From an uncultured Methanoregulaceae archaeon (lineage in GTDB: Archaea > Halobacteriota > Methanomicrobia > Methanomicrobiales > Methanospirillaceae): a stretch of DNA of 64,000 bases. The translations under genes were made by a program, and so were the position numbers. The stretch covers positions 576,001-640,000 of the forward strand of contig OY970061.1 of the NCBI GenBank assembly GCA_963705255.1. Direction: 5' to 3'. The number at the start of each line of letters is the position of its first letter. Positions within the stretch are counted from its first letter, which is position 1. The notes beneath the pieces are model-generated. The model saw only the letters and a program-made list of their open reading frames with translations. It was not told where the DNA came from and ran no database searches. Shown here piece by piece: positions 31,416 to 40,638 of the stretch.

Positions 31416-32183
31416 ATGCAGACGATCGTCACCATGGGCCGCGGGGGGACCGGAAAGACCACGTTCGTGGCCCTGATGGCGAAGTACCTGACGGAGCAGG
31501 GATCGGTCCCGCTGCTCCTTGTCGATGCCGATCCCGACCAGAACCTTGCGGAGATGGTAGGGGTAGATCTTGAAACTTCCGGAAAAAAGACCATAGCTGA
31601 ACTGCTGACCGAGACATTCATCGCACGGGGTGGCACGACAATCGGCATTCCCCCGTCACGAAGGATCGAAAACCAGATCTGGGAGCAGGGACTCTATGAA
31701 GGAAAAAACTTTGATCTCATCTCGGTCGGCACCAAGTGGGTCGAGGGATGCTATTGCCTGCCGGATGCTGCACTCAAGAATGCCCTTGCCGCGATCACAC
31801 GCCAGTACCGCTACATCCTCATCGATTCCCCCGGGGGGCTCGAGCACCTCAACCGCAAGATTGCACGCGATGTTGATATCATATTTGACGTGATGGGGCC
31901 GTCCAGTAAGTCCTTTGCCCATGTACGGCGGGCTCACCGGGTCATCCAGGAAGTAGGGATAACCTTCAGGAGGTTCTACGTCGTCGGGGGGTACGGGTTC
32001 CCGGCGGAACTCGCCTCACGGGCTTCGGAAGAGACGGGGCTGCCTTTTATCGGGAAGATTGCCGAGGACCCTGGCCTTGCCCGGCAGGTGCTGCTCGGGA
32101 AATCGCTGATGGATATGCCGGAGGATTCTCCTGCGTACCGCTCGGTGGCGGGGATTATGGAAAAAGTGCTCGCGGGAGGATAG
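31416..32183 (+). CDS. cooC: Second CooC-like ATPase (CODH/ACS maturation)
   Basis: GRGGTGKT, VDADP, EGCYC, DSPGGLEHL. Confidence 0.85.
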   Translation: MQTIVTMGRGGTGKTTFVALMAKYLTEQGSVPLLLVDADPDQNLAEMVGVDLETSGKKTIAELLTETFIARGGTTIGIPPSRRIENQIWEQGLYEGKNFDLISVGTKWVEGCYCLPDAALKNALAAITRQYRYILIDSPGGLEHLNRKIARDVDIIFDVMGPSSKSFAHVRRAHRVIQEVGITFRRFYVVGGYGFPAELASRASEETGLPFIGKIAEDPGLARQVLLGKSLMDMPEDSPAYRSVAGIMEKVLAGG

Positions 32184-32389
32184 GATTTTTCAGGAAAACA
32201 CGGAAAGGCTGTCGGGAGAATTGTGGGCCTCTTTTACTTTAGGGGATTTGGTCCTCTCCCACTATCGATCTTTGTCAGGGGCTTGAACACTGCTATGAAA
32301 ATTTTGCAAAAATCTTTTCCGGAAATTTTTTCAACATTTTCTGAACATTTTCTCCCAAAAATTGTGTGATACTCCCCTGCTTCGCAGAA

Positions 32390-32600
32390 CCGACCATCGC
32401 ATCAGCGAGGTCGATTGGAGAAGTCATCAGGCTTCGACTTGGAATCGTCGCGACGCCTCATCGGATCGCGTTAAGGCAAGATCCTTAGCGAGATCTTATC
32501 AAGGTAAGTGCGTAGCGCAAAACACGAGAGGGATCGGTCGTCGCACAAGCGAGGACCGATTTGAGAAGCCATCAGGGCTTCGAACGTTTTGCGCGTAAGG
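32390..32600. repeat. Branched hairpin cluster containing family B units
   Basis: Units 32417-32437 and 32562-32583; enclosing stem GCGCAAAAC..GTTTTGCGC. Confidence 0.65.
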
Positions 32601-33342
32601 CATCGCTCATCCAATCGCACGTTCAACCTCCGGAAAATGCTCACCGCAATAACGGTGCTTCTTCACGTTCACTAGGCCTTCGTCCCAGACCACGGGGCAG
32701 CCACCGTTTCTCAAAGGAAACTAGCTCTAAACAGGCCGGTTTTTCTCCAAGGAAAATTGCCTGTTGAACGATCGGGCTCTGAACAAAGGTTATTCCGGAG
32801 ACTCACTTCAAAAACTGCCGAAACAGGCCGGTCGAACCGGTTCCGGAAGTGGCGGTCCGGGCCTGCTACGGGCCCGGATGGGTCAAGACGAGGGTGCAGG
32901 TCTCTCATACTGGTCATGCATCACATTCCATCGCCAGCAGACCGGGGCAGCGATCAGACCTGGGTTACGCCTATCCAGGGATAGGTCGCCCCGGAAAACA
33001 AACTGCCCGCAAAATGCCCCGTTTTGCAAATGGAACCCGATTTGAAAAACCGATTTTTCGATAGTCGCATTTTTTGGCGAATTACAGCACACCGGTTTTG
33101 CAATATGCCCGTAGGGCCGTCATTTCGCCCGGTTGAGGGTCATTTCAGCCTCTGAAAAACGTCTAATTGTTGCCTTTTGGATGAGCGAGTGCTGCCCGAT
33201 GGGTAGCAGGAGCTTGAAAAGAAGGCTGGAGGTCTTCTTCGAACGATGATTGAAACGATGATTTTCCCTGCTGGAGGCCACCCGGGGAAATGGCAGGGGG
33301 GGATCCGGGGCCCGAAATCTGCAAGGCTACGCTGGGAATTCT

Positions 33343-33509
33343 TCGATATCATGAGTCCCCGTAGGGGCTGAATGAGGAGAAGACGAATCTTCGAGACTGC
33401 TGAATGAAGAGAAGGAACTACAGGCTCGCCGATGGGATCTTCGATATCGTGAAGCCCGAAGGGCTGAACGAGGAGAAGGAGACGCGGGTTTTTCCCGTGT
33501 CTCCTTCGA
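33343..33509 (+). repeat. Tandem mini-array of family B units with repeated linker
   Basis: CTTCGATATCRTGA-(GCCC-GNA-GGGC)-TGAAYGAGGAGAAG at 33343-33382 and 33439-33478. Confidence 0.75.
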
Positions 33510-33552
33510 TAACCTTATCTGACTCATCCCTCAATGTATAAATGAATCTGCC

Positions 33553-35913
33553 GTGGTGAATCATTTGAGCAGGAAAGGAGTCAACGTCCAGATAAAGGAA
33601 TTACATTCCGATCTTGCACACTTCCGGGATCTCAGTATCACCATCGGGGCCATTTCCCGCGAGAAATGGGATGAACCGATGGGCCCGACCCCGTTTCCCT
33701 CTCTCACCACCCTCCGCCCCTGGGACCAGATCCTGCTCCGGAAGTACAAACCTTTCTATCTCCCGTTCTGCGACCTCTGCTGTCTCTGCACGTATGGCAA
33801 GTGCGATCTCACCGGCACAAAACGCGGGGCATGCGGTATCTCCATGCCGTCCCAGCAGTCCCGGATGGTCCTGATCGCTGCCTGTATCGGGGCCGCAACC
33901 CACGTAAGCCATTCACGCGACATCCTCTCCCATGTCATCGAATACTACGGCCGGGACTGTCCGATCAACGTCGGCGACACCGGTGTGGAAGTCGAAGCGC
34001 CGGTCGTCCGGCTCGTCTGCGGGATCAAGCCCGAGACACTGGGAGACCTTGAACCGGTGCTGGACTATTGTGAGAACCAGGTCACCCAGCTCCTGGCCGT
34101 CACCCACACCGGGCAGGAAGGAAACAACCTTGACTTTGAATCCAAAGTCCTCCATGCCGGCATGATCGACCAGCTCGGCATGGAAGTAGCCGACATTGCC
34201 CAGATCTCGGCACTCGGTTTCCCGAAGGCTGATCCGGAGGCCGGTCTTGCAGAACTCGGCATGGGGACCGTTGACATCAGAAAACCGGTGATCCTCGTCA
34301 TCGGGCACAATGTTACGCCGGCGACCGGGATCATCGATTACCTGAAAACCAACGACCTCACATCGGACGTGGAAGTGACTGGCATCTGCTGCACTGCGAT
34401 CGACGTAACGCGGTACTCCCCGAAGGCAAAGATCATCGGGCCGATTTCATGGCAGCTGAGATATATCCGGAGCGGAGTTCCTGATGTCATCGTAATTGAC
34501 GAACAGTGTGTCCGAACGGACACGCTGACTGAATCCGCACATATCCGGGCCGCCCTGATAGCAACCAGTGAGAAGAACTGTCTCGGGCTTCCCGACCGCA
34601 CAAACGATCCCCTTGATGACATTGTTGCCGGATTCGTGAGCGGTGAAGTACCGGGCGCTCTCATCCTCGATCCGGAAAAAGTCGGCGAGATTGCCGTGAA
34701 GACTGCCCGCGCAATCGCACCGCGGCGCAAAAAACAGAAGTCCCTTCCCTCACGGGAGACCCTCGTGGAAATGGCAAAGAAATGCACCCTGTGCATGCTC
34801 TGCCGGAGGGCCTGTCCCAACGACCTGCCGGTTGCGCAGGCCGTGAAGGCAGCGGCCGGGGGCAATCTGTCCCTCCTGGACGAGCTGTACGATGACTGTC
34901 TCGGGTGCGGAAGGTGCGAGCCTGCCTGCACGCAGAAGATACCGGTACACAGCCTGATTGTGGCCGCTGCAGAACAGAAGACCCTGAAAGAGACCTACTG
35001 CATCCGGACCGGGAGGGGCGCAATCCGGGATGTCGAGATCCGCAAGGTCGGCGGTCCTATCGTTCTTGGCGAAATTCCCGGCGTGGTTGCATTTGTCGGG
35101 TGCGCCAACTACCCGAAAGGTTCCCGGGAAGTTGCGGAGATGTGCATGGAATTTGCAAAACGCCGGTACATTGTCTGCACATCCGGTTGTTCCGCAATGT
35201 CGGCGGGAATGTACCGGGACGAGGAAGGAAAGACTGCGTACGAGCGGTATTCCGGATCGTTCGAGGCCGGAGGGATCGTAAACGTAGGTTCGTGCGTTGC
35301 AAACGCCCATATTGCCGGTGCGGCTATCAAGATCGCGAGCATCTTTGCAAAACGCCCGCTGCGGGGGAATTACGAAGAGATCGCCGATTACGTCCACAAC
35401 CGTGTCGGGGCTGTCGGGGTTGCCTGGGGTGCCATGTCGCAGAAAGCAGCGGCGATCGCTGCAGGGTTCTGGCGGCTGGGAATTCCCGTGGTCGTCGGGC
35501 CCCATGGTACGAAGTACCGCCGCATGCTCCTTGGGCGTGCAGACAAGGAATCCGACTGGTACGTGTACGATGCCCGCAGCGGGAAGAAGGTGTATGGCGG
35601 CCCGGTACCCGAACACCTCTTCTTTGCCGCCGAGACCAAGGAAGAGGCGATGGTGATGATCGCAAAACTGACCATGCGCCCGAATGACACCAGCAGGGGG
35701 CGGGCCAACAAGCTGGCCAACTACGTCGACCTCCACAAGCGTCTTGTCGGCGGCATCCCGCCTGACATCTCCCTGTATGTCCGGACACCGGCCGATATCC
35801 CCCTTACCATGAAAGATGAGGTACTGAACCACCTCCACCGGCACGGATGGAAGGAGCACACGATCCCCGACCCGACGCTCCTTCCCCGTATGATCCATAC
35901 AAGGAAGGAGTGA
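33553..35913 (+). CDS. cdhA: CO dehydrogenase/acetyl-CoA synthase complex alpha subunit
   Basis: CDLCCLCTYGKC, GHN, GICCT, two extra 4Fe-4S motifs, VGC, SGC, VGSC, WGAMSQKA. Confidence 0.97.
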   Translation: MVNHLSRKGVNVQIKELHSDLAHFRDLSITIGAISREKWDEPMGPTPFPSLTTLRPWDQILLRKYKPFYLPFCDLCCLCTYGKCDLTGTKRGACGISMPSQQSRMVLIAACIGAATHVSHSRDILSHVIEYYGRDCPINVGDTGVEVEAPVVRLVCGIKPETLGDLEPVLDYCENQVTQLLAVTHTGQEGNNLDFESKVLHAGMIDQLGMEVADIAQISALGFPKADPEAGLAELGMGTVDIRKPVILVIGHNVTPATGIIDYLKTNDLTSDVEVTGICCTAIDVTRYSPKAKIIGPISWQLRYIRSGVPDVIVIDEQCVRTDTLTESAHIRAALIATSEKNCLGLPDRTNDPLDDIVAGFVSGEVPGALILDPEKVGEIAVKTARAIAPRRKKQKSLPSRETLVEMAKKCTLCMLCRRACPNDLPVAQAVKAAAGGNLSLLDELYDDCLGCGRCEPACTQKIPVHSLIVAAAEQKTLKETYCIRTGRGAIRDVEIRKVGGPIVLGEIPGVVAFVGCANYPKGSREVAEMCMEFAKRRYIVCTSGCSAMSAGMYRDEEGKTAYERYSGSFEAGGIVNVGSCVANAHIAGAAIKIASIFAKRPLRGNYEEIADYVHNRVGAVGVAWGAMSQKAAAIAAGFWRLGIPVVVGPHGTKYRRMLLGRADKESDWYVYDARSGKKVYGGPVPEHLFFAAETKEEAMVMIAKLTMRPNDTSRGRANKLANYVDLHKRLVGGIPPDISLYVRTPADIPLTMKDEVLNHLHRHGWKEHTIPDPTLLPRMIHTRKE

Positions 35914-35918
35914 TAACG

Positions 35919-36459
35919 ATGCCGATGAACGAATCCTGGCAGACCGCAGAGATCCCCGGACCGAAAAAGGCATCTCTTATCATCAAGCCCGATATCGCAG
36001 ACGCAATAATCCGGCGGGCAAAACGCCCAATCATGATTGTGGGTCACGGGATCATCGAATATGAAGTCGAAGGAAAAAAACTGATCGACTGCCTCATCCA
36101 GCTTGCACGAAAAGCGAAGATGCCCGTTGTCGTCACTGCCAGTACGAGCAGGGAGTTCACTGCACGCGGGTTTGAACCTGCGGCCCTCATGCCTGCTGTG
36201 GATATCGCCAACCGTCTCACGGACCCGGAATGGAAAGGGTTTGACGGGAGAGAGACCTATGACCTTGCAATTTTTGTCGGGCTTCCCTATTCCATGGAAT
36301 GGACGATCCTCTCCGGCCTGAAACACTTTGCTCCCGGTGTAAAGACCATGACCCTTGACTGCGTTTACCAGCCGAATGCGAGCTGGTCATTCCCGAACAG
36401 TACCGATAAAAGACTGGGCCGCAAACCTCAAAGGGATCGTGGCAAACCTCGGTGACTGA
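35919..36459 (+). CDS. cdhB: ACDS epsilon subunit; frameshift near 36405
   Basis: WQTAEIPGP, AKRP, WKGFDG..YDL, NASWSFPN. Confidence 0.9.
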
Positions 36460-36473
36460 CCGGAGAACAGATC

Positions 36474-37877
36474 ATGTTTGAAACGATCCCTGTTGAAGTG
36501 GGCCTGATCCATGAAGGTGAGCGTGTCAGGAAAAATGATCTGCAGGTCGAGCTGGGCGGCCCGTCGGAGAAAGAGAAGTTCGAGATAGTCCGGGTACGCC
36601 AGCCGGAAGAGATCGAGGATGGCGCAATCCGTATCATCGGCCCCGATATCAGCGGGATGGAAGAAGGTAAGCACTACCCGATCGGTATCCTCGTCGAGAT
36701 TGCCGGAAAAAAGGTCGAGCCCGACCTGGAAGGCGTGGTTGAACGCAGGATCCACGAATACGCTAACTATATCGAAGGGTTCATGCACCTCAACCAGCGG
36801 TACGATATCTGGATCCGGCTCTCGAAAAAATCCTTTAAGAAAGGACTTGACTCGTTCCGGTTTATCGGGCAGGTCATGCACGAGCTCTTCAGGAACGAGC
36901 TTCCCATCATCGAAAAAATCCAGATCAGCTTCATCACGGACCCGGAGAAGATCAAACCACTCTACGAGGAAGCACTCAGGACCTACGAAGCCCGGGACGC
37001 CCGTGCACGGGGACTCTCGGATCAGGACGTGGACACTTTTTATGGGTGTGCACTCTGCCAGTCGTTTGCCCCGACTCATGTCTGTGTCATCACCCCCCAG
37101 CGGTACGCGAACTGCGGGGCAATCAGCTGGTTCGACGGGAGGGCTGCTGCCGGCATTGACCCGAAAGGGCCGATCTATGCCATCGAGAAAGGAGAATGCC
37201 TGGACCCGGACAAAGGCGAATATACCGGTGTCAATGAGAGTGCCCGGAAGCGGTCGATGGGAGAAGTGAGCCGGGTCTATCTCTACTCGGCGTTCGGGTA
37301 CCCGCATACATCCTGCGGGTGTTTTGAAGGGATCGCTTTTTACATCCCGGAGGTCGACGGTTTTGGCATCGTCCTCCGCGGTTTTGGCGCGCTGACGGTA
37401 AACGGGCTTGCGTTCTCAACGATGGCGGACTCCACGGCCGGGGGGCGGCAGGTCGAGGGTTTCCACGGTATTTCGATAGAGTATATGCGATCAAAAAAGT
37501 TCATGCACGCAGACGGCGGTTACGACCGCGTGGTCTGGATGCCGCACGAGACCCGCGAACGGCTCAAAGAGTTCATTCCCGAAGAGGTGTATGAGGCCAT
37601 TGCCACGGAGAAAGATGTGGCAACCGTCGCAGAACTGAAGATATTCCTGCAGGAACACTACCACCCGGTCGTACAACGATGGGTTGCCGTCCCGGAACCT
37701 GAGAGCGGCCCTGTCCGCCAGATGACGGTCATTTCCGGAGCGGACATTCCCCTTGCTTTTGGGGGTTTCAGGATCATCCTCAAGAATGCCAGGATCACCG
37801 CAGAGAGCGTAATCATCCAGCCGATCAGGCCGCCACATCCATCTGGAGGCGAGCACAGTGCCGAAAAAAAATACTAG
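36474..37877 (+). CDS. cdhC: ACDS beta subunit (acetyl-CoA synthase)
   Basis: EGERVRK, FYGCALCQSFAPTHVC, HTSCGCFE. Confidence 0.96.
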   Translation: MFETIPVEVGLIHEGERVRKNDLQVELGGPSEKEKFEIVRVRQPEEIEDGAIRIIGPDISGMEEGKHYPIGILVEIAGKKVEPDLEGVVERRIHEYANYIEGFMHLNQRYDIWIRLSKKSFKKGLDSFRFIGQVMHELFRNELPIIEKIQISFITDPEKIKPLYEEALRTYEARDARARGLSDQDVDTFYGCALCQSFAPTHVCVITPQRYANCGAISWFDGRAAAGIDPKGPIYAIEKGECLDPDKGEYTGVNESARKRSMGEVSRVYLYSAFGYPHTSCGCFEGIAFYIPEVDGFGIVLRGFGALTVNGLAFSTMADSTAGGRQVEGFHGISIEYMRSKKFMHADGGYDRVVWMPHETRERLKEFIPEEVYEAIATEKDVATVAELKIFLQEHYHPVVQRWVAVPEPESGPVRQMTVISGADIPLAFGGFRIILKNARITAESVIIQPIRPPHPSGGEHSAEKKY

Positions 37878-39100
37878 ACCTGCCCTTGATGCAGAGCAGC
37901 TCCTCTCACTTGCCCCTCAGCTCCGGGACCTGCTGAAAGGCGTGCACCAGGTGGAACTGAAAAATTTTTCCATGGAGATCGGGAATCTTGAACTCTTCAT
38001 CCCCACCTCAGGTTCTGCATCCCCGGCCAACCCTGTCCATTCCGCCGGCCTGTACATACCGGAAAAACCCTCCGAACTGATCCGGGAGTCCTATGCTCCG
38101 GCCAGTTTTGAATTTCCCGGCAGGATCCGTGAAGTGACCCTCGGCGCGACACGGTCCGGGGGAGGGACCCGGGGGAGGTCAATTACCATCGGGGGCGCAC
38201 AGGCACCTGCCTATTCTGATCGTATCCACCTCCCGGTCCACCCGCCGGCGATCTCACTTGATGTCTTTGACATGAACGTCTCCCTGCCAAAGGTCCTGCG
38301 CGAGAATATCTCGGAGGTCATGGAAGACCCCGCTGAATGGGCACGTATGAACGTCAAAAAGTACGGCGCCGACGTGGTGACTATTCACCTCATGAGTACG
38401 GATCCCCTGTTCCGCGATGCGTCCCCCCGTTCGGCAGCAAAGACCGTAGAGGAAGTGCTCCAGGCCGTTGACGTGCCTGTCATCGTCGGGGGTTGCGGTG
38501 ACCCGAAAAAAGATGCCGAGGTCTTTCTGGAGGTAGCCGAGATGGCTGCTGGCGAGCGCCTCCTCCTCAACTCGGTGACGCTCGACATGGTGGAATCAAA
38601 GACACTGGACCGGGTCGCCACTGCAGCACGGGACCACGGGCATCTCCTCCTTGCATTCACGGGCCTTGACCTGAACAATGCCAAGGAACTCAACCGCCGC
38701 CTGTACGAGTATATTCCTCCCGAACAGATTGTCATGGACCTGACGACCGTGGCGCTGGGCTACGGCCTCGAGTACTCGTTCACTATTCATGAACGTGCGC
38801 GGTATGCCGCACTTATGGGAGATCCGGAACTGGCACACCCGGTGATATCGGCCGCGACCAATGCATGGGCGGCACGGGAAGCCTGGATGAAGATGCCGCC
38901 GGTGTACGGGCCACGGGAACTGAGGGGGCCGGTCTGGGAAACGATCAATGCCCTGACCCTGCTGCTGGCGGGGACCGACCTGTTCATGATGATGCACCCC
39001 GCAGCAGTACCTGACGCTCAGGGATGTTATTCACCGTCTGGGCACTCCGGGGACCGGGCATGCCGAACAGATAGCCGGCTGGGCCGGGGTGCGGCTATGA
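37858..39100 (+). CDS. cdhD: ACDS delta subunit (corrinoid Fe-S small subunit); frameshift near 39010
   Basis: DVFD, IHLMSTDP, GGCGDP, LGYGLEY, AWAAREAW, MMHP; shifted frame ends ..GWAGVRL-TGA overlapping the cdhE ATG. Confidence 0.9.
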
Positions 39101-40545
39101 ACGTGACGGATCCTGCCCCGGAAAAGAAGCAGAGAAAGGGGATCAAGGAGATCAGCCCGATCGACGTCTACAAGCTCCTCCCGAAGACAAACTGCGGGGA
39201 ATGCGGGGAAGCCAACTGCATGGCTTTTGCCACCCGGCTTGTCAATGGCGAACTGGTCCTTTCCGACTGCCCGCCCCTCCATTCTGTTGAGTATCACGGA
39301 GCTTTCGGGGAACTTTCCCGTCTCCTGGCACCCCCGGTCCGTACGGTCACCCTGGGTACCGGTGACCATAGCATCAGCATCGGCGGGAAATATGTGCTCC
39401 AGCGCCATGATTTCACGTACCATAACCCTGCACCGATCGCCATCGATGTCAACGATCTCATGCCCGAGGCGGAACTTCTCGAGCGGGTCAGGCAGATCGA
39501 AGCCTTCTCCTACAATTACATAGGCAGGACACTGGTACTGAACGCGATTGCCATCCGTTCGGTCTCCGGGGATCCCGTGATTTTCGGGGCTGCAGTAAAA
39601 AAAGTGGCTGCAGCCAGTCACCTGCCGTTCATACTCTGCTCGCTCGATCCAGCAGTGATGGAGGCCGGCCTCCGGGAGGCTGGGAACCGCCGCCCGCTCA
39701 TCTACGCTGCCACTGACAAGAACTGGAAACTGATGGCTGATCTGGCCCTTGCTCACCATGCTCCCCTTGCGGTCTTTGCGCCGGGCGATCTCGGTCTCCT
39801 CCGGACGCTCGCCAGAACCCTCATGGCCTGTGGTGTCCATGACCTGGTCCTTGACCCCGGAACATTTACCGAAGACGGGCTGTCCGACACCATCGCGAAT
39901 TTTACTACAATCAGGGCAGCTGCCACAAAAAATTTTGATGAGCTGTTCGGCTTTCCGATCCTTGGCGTCCCGCTCACGGTCTGGACCGGTGAAGAGCTCT
40001 CAGAGGACGTGCTCAAATGGCGTGAGGCGACCACCGCGTCCATGCTCCTCTCCCGGTATGCGGACCTGCTCATCATGCACAGCCTTGACGGATGGGTCCT
40101 CCTCCCCCAGCTGATCTGGCGTTTCAGCCTTTACACGGATCCGCGGAAGCCGGTCTCGGTCGAAGCGGGTGTGAAGACGTTCGGCAGGCCCGACCATACC
40201 TCGCCGGTCCTGATCACGACGAATTATGCGCTTACGTATTTCACCGTCGAATCCGATATCAAGGCCGCCAACCTGGACTGTTATCTCATTGTCGCGGATA
40301 CCGGGGGGCTCAGTGTCGAGAGTGCCGTTGCAGGGAGGTATTTTACTGCAGATTCAGTTGCGAATGCCCTGAAGACCAACAATATAGCGGCTCTCGTCAG
40401 CCACAATACTCTCATCATACCCGGTCTTGCAGCCCGGCTGAGCGGGGAGACGGAAGAATCGACCGGCTGGAGGATCCTTGTCGGCCCCAAGGACTCGTCG
40501 GGGATCTCCCAGTTCCTCAGGGACCACTGGCCTCCTGCAGAGTAG
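39097..40545 (+). CDS. cdhE: ACDS gamma subunit (corrinoid Fe-S large subunit)
   Basis: LLPKTNCGECGEANCMAFA, YTDPRKP, TTNYALTY, IIPGLAA, VGP. Confidence 0.95.
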   Translation: MNVTDPAPEKKQRKGIKEISPIDVYKLLPKTNCGECGEANCMAFATRLVNGELVLSDCPPLHSVEYHGAFGELSRLLAPPVRTVTLGTGDHSISIGGKYVLQRHDFTYHNPAPIAIDVNDLMPEAELLERVRQIEAFSYNYIGRTLVLNAIAIRSVSGDPVIFGAAVKKVAAASHLPFILCSLDPAVMEAGLREAGNRRPLIYAATDKNWKLMADLALAHHAPLAVFAPGDLGLLRTLARTLMACGVHDLVLDPGTFTEDGLSDTIANFTTIRAAATKNFDELFGFPILGVPLTVWTGEELSEDVLKWREATTASMLLSRYADLLIMHSLDGWVLLPQLIWRFSLYTDPRKPVSVEAGVKTFGRPDHTSPVLITTNYALTYFTVESDIKAANLDCYLIVADTGGLSVESAVAGRYFTADSVANALKTNNIAALVSHNTLIIPGLAARLSGETEESTGWRILVGPKDSSGISQFLRDHWPPAE

Positions 40546-40638
40546 CATGAATTTTCGCGGCAAAAAAGATGTCTGCATCCGGTTCTGCATCCGGGACCTG
40601 CCAGTACGGCTGACGACAATTCAAGGTAGGGCAATCCA

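Noticed and set aside
32362-33527. Short ORFs in the cooC-cdhA gap and in 46356-47088
   Set aside because: Low-complexity S/R-rich translations of palindromic repeats, with no coding signature.
37858-40545. Apparent 895-aa CdhD-CdhE fusion
   Set aside because: A frameshift near 39010 explains it: the shifted frame gives a normal CdhD end with TGA overlapping the cdhE ATG (ATGA at 39097-39100).
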